Assembly: GCA_035906255.1 (NCBI GenBank)
Contig: JAMIFM010000011.1
Location: 39,607 to 103,606 of the forward strand
Source: Bacteroidia bacterium
Lineage (GTDB): Bacteria > Bacteroidota > Bacteroidia > UBA8524
Reading direction: 5' to 3'
Length of the DNA stretch: 64,000 nt
Shown: positions 16,611 to 26,672 of the stretch, one piece after another
Position numbering within the stretch: position 1 is the first letter of the stretch
Layout of the letters: each line of letters starts with the position of its first letter
The notes under the pieces: model-generated
What the model saw: only the letters and a program-made list of their open reading frames with translations
Databases searched by the model: none
Told to the model about the DNA's origin: nothing
Position numbers and translations under genes: made by a program

Positions 16611-18239
16611 TTATTCTTCCCCTAAAAAGTCGTAAGTGTAATCGGTGGGGGGCACAAAAGTTTCTTTAATACTGCGTTGGCTGGTCCAACGTAGCAAATT
16701 CACTTTAGCACCGGCCTTATCGTTAGTACCTGAAGCCCTTGCACCGCCAAACGGTTGCTGACCTACTACCGCACCCGTTGGCTTATCGTTAATGTAGAAG
16801 TTACCTGCGCTATCGCGTAATTTTTCAGTAGCTACAGTCAACGCATAACGGTCTTGACCCAAAATAGCACCAGTTAACGCATAGGGAGAGGTTTTATTTA
16901 CCAACTCAAGCGTTTCTTCGTACTTAGCTGCTTCGTAAACATATACGGTAAGCACAGGGCCAAAAATCTCTTCGCACATAGTAACATACATAGGGTCTTT
17001 AGCAAGCAAAACAGTAGGGTTGATAAAATACCCTTCGGTTTTGTCATAAGTACCGCCTGCAATCACTTCTACTGATGGGTCGTTTTTAGCAGCATCAATA
17101 TACCCTGCAATTTTATCAAACGACTTTTCATCAATCACCGCGTTTACAAAATTGCGGAAATCTTCAACAGGCCCTACCTTCAGGCTGTTTACTGTTGTCG
17201 CAAACTTATCTTTAATCTTTGCCCACAAAGTGTCAGGGATATAAGCACGCGAAGCCGCCGAGCATTTTTGCCCTTGGTATTCAAACGCACCACGCACCAA
17301 TGCAGTAATTACAACATCAGGAGTAGCACTTTCGTGCACCATCACAAAATCTTTACCGCCTGTTTCACCAACAATGCGGGGATAGGTTTTGTATTTACTG
17401 ATATTAGTACCTATGGTTTTCCAGATGTTTTGGAAAACTCCGGTTGAACCTGTAAAGTGTATGCCTGCAAAATCAGGATGGTTAAATACTACCTCACCCA
17501 TGCTTGGGCCATCCACATACACCAAGTTAATCACACCATCGGGCACACCTGCATCACGGAAAATCTCCATCAGTACATTAGCACTGTATATTTGTGTGTT
17601 GCTGGGTTTCCATACTACCACGTTACCCATCATAGCGGCACTTGTTGGCAGGTTACCCGCAATAGCAGTAAAATTAAAAGGGGTAAGAGCAAAAACAAAG
17701 CCTTCCAGCGGCCTGTACTCCAAACGGTTCCAAATACCGCGCGATGATATAGGTTGTTCAGTATATATTTCAGTCATAAACTGAACATTGAAACGCAAAA
17801 AGTCGATAATCTCACACGCAGAATCAATCTCAGCCTGATACGCATTCTTGCTTTGGCCAAGCATAGTTGCAGCATTTAATTTAGCACGGTAAGGGCCTGC
17901 AATTAAATCCGCCGCTTTTAAAAATATAGCCGCACGTTGTTCCCAAGGCATATTAGCCCAAGCAGTGCGGGCAGCCAATGCAGCATCAATAGCCTGTTGC
18001 ACGTGGGTTTTGTCCCCTTCATGAAAAACACCCAACAAATGTTTAGTGTCGTGCGGCGGACGTAATTCTTTGGTATTTCCGCTGCGTACTTCTTTACCAC
18101 CGATATACATGGGTATATCTGCTTGTGTGGCACGGGCATCGGCCAATGCTTTTTTCAATTGGGCTTTTTCCTTGCTGCCTGGAGCGTAGTTAAGTACAGG
18201 CTCATTAACGGCTACTGGAACTTTAAAAAATCCGTTCAT
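16611..18239 (-). CDS. pruA: L-glutamate gamma-semialdehyde (1-pyrroline-5-carboxylate) dehydrogenase.
   Basis: 542 aa aldehyde dehydrogenase. Catalytic Cys region EYQGQKCSAASR and Glu motif IVGETGGKDF. Length and N-terminal extension typical of the PruA/RocA type. Confidence 0.85.
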   Translation of the reverse strand: MNGFFKVPVAVNEPVLNYAPGSKEKAQLKKALADARATQADIPMYIGGKEVRSGNTKELRPPHDTKHLLGVFHEGDKTHVQQAIDAALAARTAWANMPWEQRAAIFLKAADLIAGPYRAKLNAATMLGQSKNAYQAEIDSACEIIDFLRFNVQFMTEIYTEQPISSRGIWNRLEYRPLEGFVFALTPFNFTAIAGNLPTSAAMMGNVVVWKPSNTQIYSANVLMEIFRDAGVPDGVINLVYVDGPSMGEVVFNHPDFAGIHFTGSTGVFQNIWKTIGTNISKYKTYPRIVGETGGKDFVMVHESATPDVVITALVRGAFEYQGQKCSAASRAYIPDTLWAKIKDKFATTVNSLKVGPVEDFRNFVNAVIDEKSFDKIAGYIDAAKNDPSVEVIAGGTYDKTEGYFINPTVLLAKDPMYVTMCEEIFGPVLTVYVYEAAKYEETLELVNKTSPYALTGAILGQDRYALTVATEKLRDSAGNFYINDKPTGAVVGQQPFGGARASGTNDKAGAKVNLLRWTSQRSIKETFVPPTDYTYDFLGEE

Positions 18240-18450
18240 ATAAAATTATCTGTTTATCAATTACTTATTGCTAATACCCTAAAATAAAAGTGCCGCAAAG
18301 ATAGAAATTTGGGCTTTGTAGTCGCACTTCTTTTATCAAATGATATGCCACATAGTTGTAATGTTCTTAACAAAAAAGCAACGTACTTTTGGTCTAAAAC
18401 GTCTTGTGTTTAGATGGATAAAAAACTAATCTTGTAAACAATACTCAAAC

Positions 18451-19140
18451 ATGAAAAACACTTTACTTTTTGCATTAGTACTTTCGATAGGATTGTTTTC
18501 TTGCAGCCCGATAGAAGAATCACCCGAGCCTAAAAACACCGACACAACCCAAAGCGGGGGCGGCGGTACAGGAGGAGGAGGAACCGGCGGCGGTGGTGGT
18601 GGTGGTGGCGGAGGCCCTGTGCAACCTAATTTAACAACAGGATCTACCATTCAATTCTGGGGCTTGCTTGACGGTAGCCTTGAAACCTATACAGCAGGTG
18701 GTGGTTCAACTGGGCCTGCAAGCGGAAAAGATAGTACATTGGGACCTGATAGTACTACAGCATCATACGCCGGCGGGTTATTAAACACGTTAGATATGTC
18801 GGGTATATTTGCTACAGTGGGCACTCTTAAATATCCCAACGGCAGTGTACCTTCTGAAGCCGAATTTTTGGCCATGTTTGCACCCGGTAACCGCACATTG
18901 GCTGCCAAAATAGCTGAAGTAACTTACAGAACATCAATGGGTGGTGTATGGAGTACTACGGCAGGCGACCAAACAGGCAGCACTTTCCAAATTACCGAGG
19001 CTACCTCAACGGGCACAGCGGGCGCACCTAAAGTAAAAGCAGTTATTAAATTTACTTGCAAGGTGTATAACACATCAAACACTGCACAAAGCAAAACCAT
19101 TACACAGGGTATTTTGGTTGCTGAGTTTTCAGGCAAATAA
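18451..19140 (+). CDS. Hypothetical lipoprotein with an N-terminal poly-Gly/Thr low-complexity tract.
   Basis: Lipoprotein signal MKNTLLFALVLSIGLFSCS. GGGGTGGGGTGGGGGGGGGGP tract encoded by a (GGN)n repeat at 18556-18615. Followed by a strong terminator. Confidence 0.55.
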   Translation: MKNTLLFALVLSIGLFSCSPIEESPEPKNTDTTQSGGGGTGGGGTGGGGGGGGGGPVQPNLTTGSTIQFWGLLDGSLETYTAGGGSTGPASGKDSTLGPDSTTASYAGGLLNTLDMSGIFATVGTLKYPNGSVPSEAEFLAMFAPGNRTLAAKIAEVTYRTSMGGVWSTTAGDQTGSTFQITEATSTGTAGAPKVKAVIKFTCKVYNTSNTAQSKTITQGILVAEFSGK

Positions 19141-19159
19141 TCGTTAATTGATTTATAAA

Positions 19160-19197
19160 TAAAAAAGACTGCTCTTTAAGGGCAGTCTTTTTTATTT
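19160..19197 (+). terminator. Rho-independent terminator (aaaaaagactgccc-ttaaagag-cagtctttttt).
   Basis: 11-bp stem plus T-run immediately after the 18451-19140 stop. Confidence 0.6.
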
Positions 19198-19425
19198 ATA
19201 TGCGTAGCTTCATTTAATACTCTGCAATTAAATACGACCAAGCTACTTTTATAGCAACATTGCAGGGATTAGTATATATTTTTTTGAAAGCTCTTAAACG
19301 CTGCGTAAATTAGAATATGAATCAGCTTTTACGTAAGTAAACGACGTTTCTTTTGAATTTGCAAACGTCTCCCATTCCACCTTAAGCCTAAAGCCTGCCT
19401 TTACTAAATAAGGCGGGCTTTTTTG

Positions 19426-20100
19426 TTAAAACAACTTCCAAATATCCAGCTTGGGTGCGGCGGCTGTAATTTTAACGGGCACTTTTTGCACAGGATGCAC
19501 AAAAGTTAGTTCGCGGGCGTGTAAGCAAATGCTGCCGTCTGAATTGGCCTCAGGATATCCGTATTTTAAATCGCCCACAATAGGCCCGATGGCCGTAGAA
19601 AGCTGCACCCGTATTTGGTGCGGACGGCCTGTAAGCGGGGTAACTTTTAATAAATAATACCCGGCACGTTCACCAATTAATTCAAAATCAAGTTCGGCAC
19701 GTTTGCTGCCCGGCACTTCGCGCAGGTGTGCCCTTGTGCGGTTTTGGTCGTGGTCTTTCACCAGCCAGTGTATCAACTTACCTTTCTCGTTGTGGGGTTT
19801 GTGTTTCAATATTGCCCAATAGGTTTTGTTCAAATCACGTTCCCTAAACTTCTCGTTCATACGCTCCAGCGCTTTGCTGGTACGTGCAAACAAACACACG
19901 CCCGATACAGGCCTGTCTATACGGTGTATCACACCCAAAAACACATCCCCGGGTTTGCCGTATTTATCTTTTATGTATGTCTTTATTTGGTCGGGCATGG
20001 CCTCGTCGCCGGTTTTATCGGCTTGCACCAACTGCCCTGCGGGTTTATTTACCGCTATTAAATGATTGTCTTCGAAAAGAACTGGAAATGAAAGGTTCAA
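19426..20100 (-). CDS. RluA-family pseudouridine synthase.
   Basis: Catalytic motif HRIDRPVSGV (HRLD-type) and KTYWAIL. 224 aa. Confidence 0.85.
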   Translation of the reverse strand: MNLSFPVLFEDNHLIAVNKPAGQLVQADKTGDEAMPDQIKTYIKDKYGKPGDVFLGVIHRIDRPVSGVCLFARTSKALERMNEKFRERDLNKTYWAILKHKPHNEKGKLIHWLVKDHDQNRTRAHLREVPGSKRAELDFELIGERAGYYLLKVTPLTGRPHQIRVQLSTAIGPIVGDLKYGYPEANSDGSICLHARELTFVHPVQKVPVKITAAAPKLDIWKLF

Positions 20101-20102
20101 AA

Positions 20103-21164
20103 TTATTGTTTGCTAATTTTGCAAAGGTAGGTGGTTTTGTCGGTTTCTATCCGTATTAAATAAACCCCTTGCGGTATAGCACCTGCCAAAACAATCAAAT
20201 CACCATTATCTAATACGTATTTTGCCGTAGTAGCCTGCCCCAAAATATTTTGTATTAAAACAGCCTTAATATGTTCTCTTATTCCTGAAAAAGTAATGTT
20301 TTCACCCATAGGATTAGGAAAACCCGCAATATCTTTAACGGCCATGCCACTTACCCCAACTGATATTGTTGTGGGTATAACAGCACAATCAAAAGCCTCT
20401 CCTGAAAACTCACGTCTGTAATAACCTAAATTCCCGTTTCCGCAAAAAGGGGTAATGCCATACGCTCCTGCTGCTGCAATATTTACAACGTTTGAAGTAT
20501 CAAAGTTTTTTAACCTAAAAAAGAACGACGAATTAAACCCCATGCCCTTAATAAAAAGGGTACTGTCAAAAACATCAAAAGCTAATCCCGCAGGTTCTTT
20601 CCCATAAAAAGTAAGTACCTCAAGGCTATCGTTTGAAACAGACGGTCTCAAAACCTTCATCTGATTTTTTACCACCAAAAATCTAAAGTTACCGGGTTTG
20701 TAATGCTCGCTAAAAATAGTGTCTTCTTTTTTCCAGTTATTATCAAACACCAAATATTCTTTGCCTGATTTTAAGATTGAATCTTCTATTCCAAACACAG
20801 GCCTGTAAGTTTGGTTGTTCTCAAAGCGCACAAACAGTTTTGAGCCTTCCTCCCTCAAAACACCTATTTTATTACTAAAACCATACCTGTCGTTCAAGGT
20901 ATAAGGTTGCGCCGTGTGTGTTGATGAGTGACCTTTATAGTTTTTAAGTGCTGCACGGTTTTGGTATAAGTTTTTGTACTGCTTCCCTGCTATTACAGTA
21001 TCGCCTTGCATTACATAATCACTAAATAAAATTACCCCACCGTCAACATCACCACTTGTGCTACCTTCGCGCCAATAGGCAACACTATCAGGAAAAACAC
21101 CCGATGTTTGTGAAAACCCACATACCACAATAAAAAACAAGGGAATTAAAAACAGATTTTTCAT
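20103..21164 (-). CDS. Secreted hypothetical protein with a T9SS C-terminal sorting domain.
   Basis: Signal peptide. C-terminal ...GFPNPMGENITF...GVYLIRIETDKTTYLCKISKQ is CTD-like. Ends 3 nt upstream of the rluA start (operon). Confidence 0.6.
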   Translation of the reverse strand: MKNLFLIPLFFIVVCGFSQTSGVFPDSVAYWREGSTSGDVDGGVILFSDYVMQGDTVIAGKQYKNLYQNRAALKNYKGHSSTHTAQPYTLNDRYGFSNKIGVLREEGSKLFVRFENNQTYRPVFGIEDSILKSGKEYLVFDNNWKKEDTIFSEHYKPGNFRFLVVKNQMKVLRPSVSNDSLEVLTFYGKEPAGLAFDVFDSTLFIKGMGFNSSFFFRLKNFDTSNVVNIAAAGAYGITPFCGNGNLGYYRREFSGEAFDCAVIPTTISVGVSGMAVKDIAGFPNPMGENITFSGIREHIKAVLIQNILGQATTAKYVLDNGDLIVLAGAIPQGVYLIRIETDKTTYLCKISKQ

Positions 21165-21259
21165 ACGTATTATTCAGCATAAGCAATTGCCATACTCCTG
21201 TTGTCAAGTTACAACTACTATTTCAAAAAATCCCTATTATTGAGTTACAAAACCAAACT

Positions 21260-22033
21260 ATGCAAGAATTAGAACACCGTAAACGCACCCTCCTGTTCCT
21301 TATTTTGGGCTCGTTTTTTATATGCAACGCCTTGCTGGCCGAGTTCATTGGCGTTAAAATATTTTCGCTCGAAGGTACTTTGGGCATTAAACCTTTTGGC
21401 ATTAATCTGCTGGGCTATACGTTGAATATGGATTTAACCGCAGGGGTACTGCCCTGGCCTTTTGTGTTTATTATGACGGATATTATTAATGAGTATTTTG
21501 GTAAACGCGGGGTACGTACCTTTAGCTACATTGCCGCAGCCCTTATAGGCTATGCTTTTTTGATTATTTACGGGGTGATACATCTTACACCCGCATCGTG
21601 GTGGATAGAACAAAAATTGGTTGACGGCACTGTGGTAAATATGCAAACTGCTTTTGCTCAAATATTCGGGCAGGGAATGAATATTATCATAGGTTCACTA
21701 ACTGCTTTTATGTTGGGTCAGTTGGTAGATGTTTCAGTGTTCCACTTTTTAAAGAAACGCACGGGCGAAAAGGCCTTGTGGGTGCGTAGCACTGGTTCAA
21801 CATTGGTATCGCAGCTTATTGACAGTTACGTAGTGTTGTTTATTGCTTTTTATATAGGCGGCGATTGGAGCATTGGGCAAATAGCCGCAGTGGGCACCAA
21901 CAACTATATTTATAAATTTACCGTTGCGCTATTAATCACACCGTTACTCTATGTAATTCATGCGTTGGTTGACAGGTATTTGGGTAAAGAGCTTTCAGAA
22001 AAGCTTCGCCACGATGCCCATCAGGCATATTGA
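21260..22033 (+). CDS. Queuosine-precursor transporter (YhhQ/DUF165, VUT family) membrane protein.
   Basis: 257 aa, 6-7 TM. Conserved YhhQ-like blocks (PFVFIMTDIINEYFG, SQLIDSYVVLFIAFYIG). Confidence 0.65.
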   Translation: MQELEHRKRTLLFLILGSFFICNALLAEFIGVKIFSLEGTLGIKPFGINLLGYTLNMDLTAGVLPWPFVFIMTDIINEYFGKRGVRTFSYIAAALIGYAFLIIYGVIHLTPASWWIEQKLVDGTVVNMQTAFAQIFGQGMNIIIGSLTAFMLGQLVDVSVFHFLKKRTGEKALWVRSTGSTLVSQLIDSYVVLFIAFYIGGDWSIGQIAAVGTNNYIYKFTVALLITPLLYVIHALVDRYLGKELSEKLRHDAHQAY

Positions 22034-22308
22034 TACACTGGGTACAAAACCCGACAAATATCAAAGAGTTCTATTAACAGCGACAGGTTTTATACCTGTC
22101 CTACCGACGGACATAAAGTCCGCCTCTTTTGCAGTATTTATTCAGAATGGTTTTAAACCATTCTGAATGCTACTTTTAATTGGTATGAATTTTATATTCA
22201 GCATACTCTTGCCACTTTTAGTAATACTGTGAAGATTTATTCCATACGGTGCTTATAATGTTTAAACACGCTTTTATACATTTGCGTTGCAACTTTCGTA
22301 TTATGATA

Positions 22309-22692
22309 AACCCTTTTACCATCGGCGATAAGAAATACTTTTCAAAAATTGTAGCGGCTAATGAAACTGCTACGTTTGACAGCGGACAGGTGCATCCTGT
22401 ATATGCCACTTTTGCATTGGGCAAAGATGCCGAATGGGCTTGCCGTTTGTTTGTATTGGAAATTAAAGAGGCCGATGAAGAGGGTATTGGTACGTTTTTA
22501 ACGGTTATGCACCACTCACCTGCATTGGTGGGTAGTGAGGTGGTTTTTGAAGCCGAAGTGGTAAAAATTGAGAAGAACGAAGTGGTTTGCAAATACACTG
22601 CCCGTGTAGGCGAACGTATTGTGGCAACGGGCGAAACCGGCCAAAAAATACTTAAAAAGGAAAAAGTAGAACGTTTGTTTGCTGCTTTATAA
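22309..22692 (+). CDS. Hotdog-fold thioesterase family protein.
   Basis: Listed ORF is 22249-22692. The internal Met at 22309 (MINPF) is the likely start. Hotdog central-helix region HPVYATFALGKDAEWACR. Confidence 0.55.
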   Translation, partial: NPFTIGDKKYFSKIVAANETATFDSGQVHPVYATFALGKDAEWACRLFVLEIKEADEEGIGTFLTVMHHSPALVGSEVVFEAEVVKIEKNEVVCKYTARVGERIVATGETGQKILKKEKVERLFAAL

Positions 22693-23024
22693 ACCTTTTT
22701 TGATGAGGATACCTCCATCTTTCATAAAAGAGATTACCTCAATACTCTGACTTTAGTTAAGTAACTATAAAACTGCCGCGAAGACACGAAGGCGCAAAAC
22801 ATTTGTTCTTAGAGCCTTTGTGGCAACATATATCCGTTTAAAAACACCGATTATCATTTTAACTTTTGGTAACCTTTTAATAGTGTAGGATTCAATCCGC
22901 TAACTATCCATTTCAAATATCCTATTGATAATCAGCTATTAATTGTTTTTCATATCCCTCATTTATCCACAAATCTCAAAAAAAACTTGCTTAGCATCAT
23001 TCGTTAAGTTTATATTATAAACAA

Positions 23025-24089
23025 ATGTTTGATGGAAAAATAAACAATTATCACCACGGACGTGGGGCGCAAATCAACACAGCCAATAAATACCTCGCAT
23101 CACAATTGGTGCAGGAGCATTACGAGGGGCTGGACGAAGATTTACCCACACAGCACGTAACCGAGTTTTTTCACGAGTATCCCAAAAAGATTGTGAACAG
23201 ACCCGAAAGCCCTGATATGCCTGCCATGTACTCAGTAAACCCATATCAAGGGTGCGAGCATGGCTGTATTTATTGCTATGCCCGCAATGCACATGAGTAT
23301 TGGGGATTTTCAGGCGGAATTGATTTTGAAACCAAAATAATGGTGAAACCCCACGCCCCTGCCCTGCTGCTACAAACGTTTGAAAACCCCAACTGGCGAC
23401 CTGATGTGATTATGCTAAGCGGCAATACCGATTGCTACCAACCTGCCGAACGGAAATACAGGCTAACCCGCCAAATGCTTGAAATATGCCTGAAATACAA
23501 AAACCCCGTAGGTATTATTACTAAAAACGCATTAGTACTTAGAGATACTGATATACTGGCCGAAATGGCCAAACAACGGCTGGTAAGTGTGCACGTGAGC
23601 CTTACCACCCTAAACGAGCCCTTGCGCCAAACTATGGAACCCCGAACTGTGACGGGCAAACAACGCCTGCGGGTAATTGAAAAACTTACCGAAGCAGGCG
23701 TGCCCGTGGGGGTAATGACGGCCCCGATAATACCGGGGCTTAACAGTGCCGAAATTCCCACACTTATTGAAGAGGCAGCTAATGCAGGTGCACTGGGCGC
23801 AGGCTACACCATTGTGCGCCTAAACGGGATAATTGCACCGCTGTTTACCGATTGGGTGCATAAAAATTTTCCCGACAGGGCGAATAAAGTTTTGAAGCTG
23901 ATTAAACAATGCCACGCAGGTAAACTAAACGACAGCCGTTTTGGTACCCGTATGCGCGGCGACGGGAATGTAGCCGACAGTATTGCACAAATGCACGCGG
24001 TAGCCAAGCGTAAATTTATGGCAGGCCGTACCTTCCCTGAGCTTGATGTTAGCTCCTTCCAACGTCCCGGCCAGTTAAAATTACTATAA
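23025..24089 (+). CDS. Radical SAM protein, PA0069/SplB-like (DNA-repair-photolyase-like) family.
   Basis: CxxxCxxC cluster motif CEHGCIYC. 354 aa. TIM-barrel-length body. Strong similarity of the motif context (NPYQGCxHxCxYCYAR) to the PA0069 family. Confidence 0.8.
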   Translation: MFDGKINNYHHGRGAQINTANKYLASQLVQEHYEGLDEDLPTQHVTEFFHEYPKKIVNRPESPDMPAMYSVNPYQGCEHGCIYCYARNAHEYWGFSGGIDFETKIMVKPHAPALLLQTFENPNWRPDVIMLSGNTDCYQPAERKYRLTRQMLEICLKYKNPVGIITKNALVLRDTDILAEMAKQRLVSVHVSLTTLNEPLRQTMEPRTVTGKQRLRVIEKLTEAGVPVGVMTAPIIPGLNSAEIPTLIEEAANAGALGAGYTIVRLNGIIAPLFTDWVHKNFPDRANKVLKLIKQCHAGKLNDSRFGTRMRGDGNVADSIAQMHAVAKRKFMAGRTFPELDVSSFQRPGQLKLL

Positions 24090-24111
24090 CCACCTACCCT
24101 ATCAATTGCAA

Positions 24112-24152
24112 ACACCCCGCCCCTTTGTGATACTTTGGGCGGGGTTATTTTT
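24112..24152. terminator. Bidirectional terminator (caccccgcccc...ggggcggggttatttttt) between convergent genes.
   Basis: GC-rich inverted repeat with a T-run. Sits between the radical SAM stop and the 24157-25614 stop. Confidence 0.55.
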
Positions 24153-24156
24153 TACC

Positions 24157-25614
24157 CTAAAACTGACCGAAGTTTTTAAACGTTTCTATCGTAGGGTCTT
24201 TTTTAAATTTAATGGTGTAGCACAACCCTGCATATATGGAGGGATTATACATCCTTCGGTTAAAAAAAGTAAAAATATTATCGGTGCCTGCAAAAAACGG
24301 CCCTGCCTGTATAAACCCGCCCATAGTAACTGTGCTGGTTCGGGGCACTACACGCAAAGGTATCCCGTAAGTAATGTTCTCCATTTCTTTTCTCAACAAG
24401 GCATTAATAGCCGTTGGGGCATAAAAGTTTTCGGCTCTTTTTGCACTCCGTAAATTTTGTGCATAGCTGATATTAATAAACCACTGCGTGTTTATCCTGT
24501 AATCACCCGTAAGCATTAATACAGCAGGCAGATTTAACACTGTATTTTTTTGTTCAGAAAGTACCCGCTCGTTTTTCTTCAACTCTTTTTGATATTCTTC
24601 AGGGGTTGGAATCTTTCGCAAATCAAACGACGATTGGGCTTCGAGCACCCTGTCCTTTGTATGCTTGCCCGATAACTCTACCCTTCCCCAATCCAGCAAA
24701 GCCACTCCAATACGGTAATCGTATTTTATCAAATCCCGCTGCCTGAAATTTTTATTCCTGCCCTTTGGGTTCAAAACCGTATAGCGCTTACGAAACCTAT
24801 ATGGGCGGTGCTCATACACTATTCCCGCATCAAACCCCATGCCTGTACCTGCTGATGCAGTACCCAACATAAATGAGGCAGGGTTTTGCGTTAATCCGTT
24901 TATATCGGTATTTATCATGCGGTAACGAGATAAAATATTTAACTCAGTAGCTGAAACATTTGCCTCAAATTGTGCTATATTAAATATGTATGCAAAGCGT
25001 GCAGTGATTTGCTTAGCAGTAATACCCACCTTCACCCTCGCTTCCCGTCTGTCATACACCACCATAGAAAGCCCAGCGGCAACTTCGCGATACCCCAGCA
25101 CCCGTATATCGGTTTTATAATCTGTTCCTTGCGGAACATACGGCGATTTCCTATCCATAAAAATGGGTAAAACATTATCCGCTACTTCAACCACATTGCC
25201 TGTTACCCGTTCGCGGGCATATATAAATGCGGCTATTTTAGGTGTAATATTAAATTTAACCGACGGTAATAATACCTGTGTATTCAAATAAAAAGAAGGG
25301 TTTGTACGCTTTTTGGGTGCCACCTCAAAATATGGCGGTGAGTGATGGGGCTGTCCGTCGCGTTTGGATTGCAGGGTTGCAATTTGATACAGCGAGTATT
25401 TTAATTTTGAATGAACTAAATTATTTTCAAGCGTAAGCCCTGCCCCTGCAAGGTTTATACTTAAATAATCGGTACTACCCGCAGCCAATGCCGGATTACT
25501 TAGTGTGCCATAAATACCTGCCGTATTTGTTTGGCCATAGTTTGTAAGATTTTGAGAAAATAATAATCGTGACAGGAGCATAGTTCCTATAAACAGTAGT
25601 GCCTTCATAATCAA
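24157..25614 (-). CDS. Hypothetical outer-membrane beta-barrel-like protein.
   Basis: Signal peptide. Alternating amphipathic strands. Terminal aromatic residue (…FKNFGQF). No recognisable catalytic motifs. Confidence 0.45.
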   Translation of the reverse strand: MIMKALLFIGTMLLSRLLFSQNLTNYGQTNTAGIYGTLSNPALAAGSTDYLSINLAGAGLTLENNLVHSKLKYSLYQIATLQSKRDGQPHHSPPYFEVAPKKRTNPSFYLNTQVLLPSVKFNITPKIAAFIYARERVTGNVVEVADNVLPIFMDRKSPYVPQGTDYKTDIRVLGYREVAAGLSMVVYDRREARVKVGITAKQITARFAYIFNIAQFEANVSATELNILSRYRMINTDINGLTQNPASFMLGTASAGTGMGFDAGIVYEHRPYRFRKRYTVLNPKGRNKNFRQRDLIKYDYRIGVALLDWGRVELSGKHTKDRVLEAQSSFDLRKIPTPEEYQKELKKNERVLSEQKNTVLNLPAVLMLTGDYRINTQWFINISYAQNLRSAKRAENFYAPTAINALLRKEMENITYGIPLRVVPRTSTVTMGGFIQAGPFFAGTDNIFTFFNRRMYNPSIYAGLCYTIKFKKDPTIETFKNFGQF

Positions 25615-25715
25615 TCCCCCCTTTAATATAGAGATGAAAGAAGCGGCATAAACGCTGCACTGCCTTATAATTTTATAGAAAACGGAAAAAATAGTTTTTT
25701 CTGTAGAGTTATTAA

Positions 25716-25750
25716 ACTAAAAAGCCCCAAAACGGGGCTTTTTAGTTTAA
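25716..25750. terminator. Second identical copy of the palindromic terminator aaactaaaaagcccc-aaaa-ggggctttttagttt.
   Basis: Identical over about 35 nt to 13512-13548. Directly downstream of the panB stop. Confidence 0.6.
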
Positions 25751-26631
25751 TAACTTTCTTTATCATTGGGAAAATCTCCCAGCTTAATATCTTCGATATA
25801 TCGCTCAGTGGCTACCTTAATATCGTCGTACAAATTCATGTAACGGCGCAAAAAACGTGGGCTAAACTCGCGGGTTATGCCCAGCATATCATGGCTCACC
25901 AGCACTTGCCCGTCAACATGGGGGCCTGCACCTATGCCAATAACAGGTATTTTTACATTTTGTGCTACCGTCTGTGCAAGTTTTGCAGGTATTTTCTCAA
26001 GCACAATAGCAAAGCATCCTGCTTCTGCCAGTAAATTGGCATCTTGAACCAATTTAGCGGCCTCAGCTTCTTCTTTGGCACGTACTTCAAATGTTCCGAA
26101 TTTATAAATAGACTGGGGTGTTAAGCCCAAGTGTCCCATTACGGGCACACCTGCTGAAAGAATACGCCTTACCGATTCTAAAATCTCTTCACCACCTTCT
26201 AATTTAATAGCGTGCGCTCCCGCTTCTTTCATAATACGGATGGCACTGTTTAATGCCTCTTTGCTATTACCCTGATAAGAACCGAAAGGCAAATCAACTA
26301 CTACCAACGCACGGAAAACAGCTCTAACAACCGATGCCGCATGGTATATCATTTGGTCGAGAGTAATAGGCAAGGTGGTCATGTGTCCTGCCATTACATT
26401 TGATGCTGAATCACCTACCAACAACACATCAATTTTTGCTTCATCAAAAATTTTTGCCATGCTGTAATCGTAAGCGGTGAGCATACTTATCTTCTCACCC
26501 CGCTCCTTCATCTCCTGCAACACGTGGGTGGTTACCCTTGTTATTTCTTTGTATTTGTTGGTAGTCATAAAGAGTACAAATATACGGCTATCCCATTCAG
26601 TAATATCAGCTAAGATTTTTGCTATTAGCAA
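25747..26631 (-). CDS. panB: 3-methyl-2-oxobutanoate hydroxymethyltransferase.
   Basis: [15 protein letters not shown] and the [10 protein letters not shown]-equivalent region ([13 protein letters not shown]) are PanB signatures. The true start is probably the internal Met at about 26566 (MTTNKYKEI). Confidence 0.9.
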   Translation of the reverse strand: MLIAKILADITEWDSRIFVLFMTTNKYKEITRVTTHVLQEMKERGEKISMLTAYDYSMAKIFDEAKIDVLLVGDSASNVMAGHMTTLPITLDQMIYHAASVVRAVFRALVVVDLPFGSYQGNSKEALNSAIRIMKEAGAHAIKLEGGEEILESVRRILSAGVPVMGHLGLTPQSIYKFGTFEVRAKEEAEAAKLVQDANLLAEAGCFAIVLEKIPAKLAQTVAQNVKIPVIGIGAGPHVDGQVLVSHDMLGITREFSPRFLRRYMNLYDDIKVATERYIEDIKLGDFPNDKESY

Positions 26632-26672
26632 AGCAACACTTCACTAATAACAAATAACCCATAACTAATTGC

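Noticed and set aside
18426-18650. A poly-proline ORF (PPPPPPPPPPPVPPPPVPPPP) on the minus strand.
   Set aside because: It is the reverse complement of the (GGN)n tract that encodes the poly-Gly linker of the plus-strand lipoprotein, which has a proper signal peptide and terminator. The antisense ORF is spurious.
19390-19428. A second hairpin (aaagcctgcctttactaaataaggcgggctttttt) near the rluA stop, as an independent feature.
   Set aside because: The stem is imperfect and overlaps the rluA stop codon. It is probably a weak bidirectional terminator, but support is too marginal to list.
22700-23024. Long (about 325 bp) AT-rich leader upstream of the radical SAM gene, examined for a riboswitch or sRNA.
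   Set aside because: No recognisable riboswitch cores (SAM, TPP, cobalamin, FMN, glycine and others) and no convincing conserved stem-loops. Probably just a promoter region with several TAnnTTTG-like candidates.
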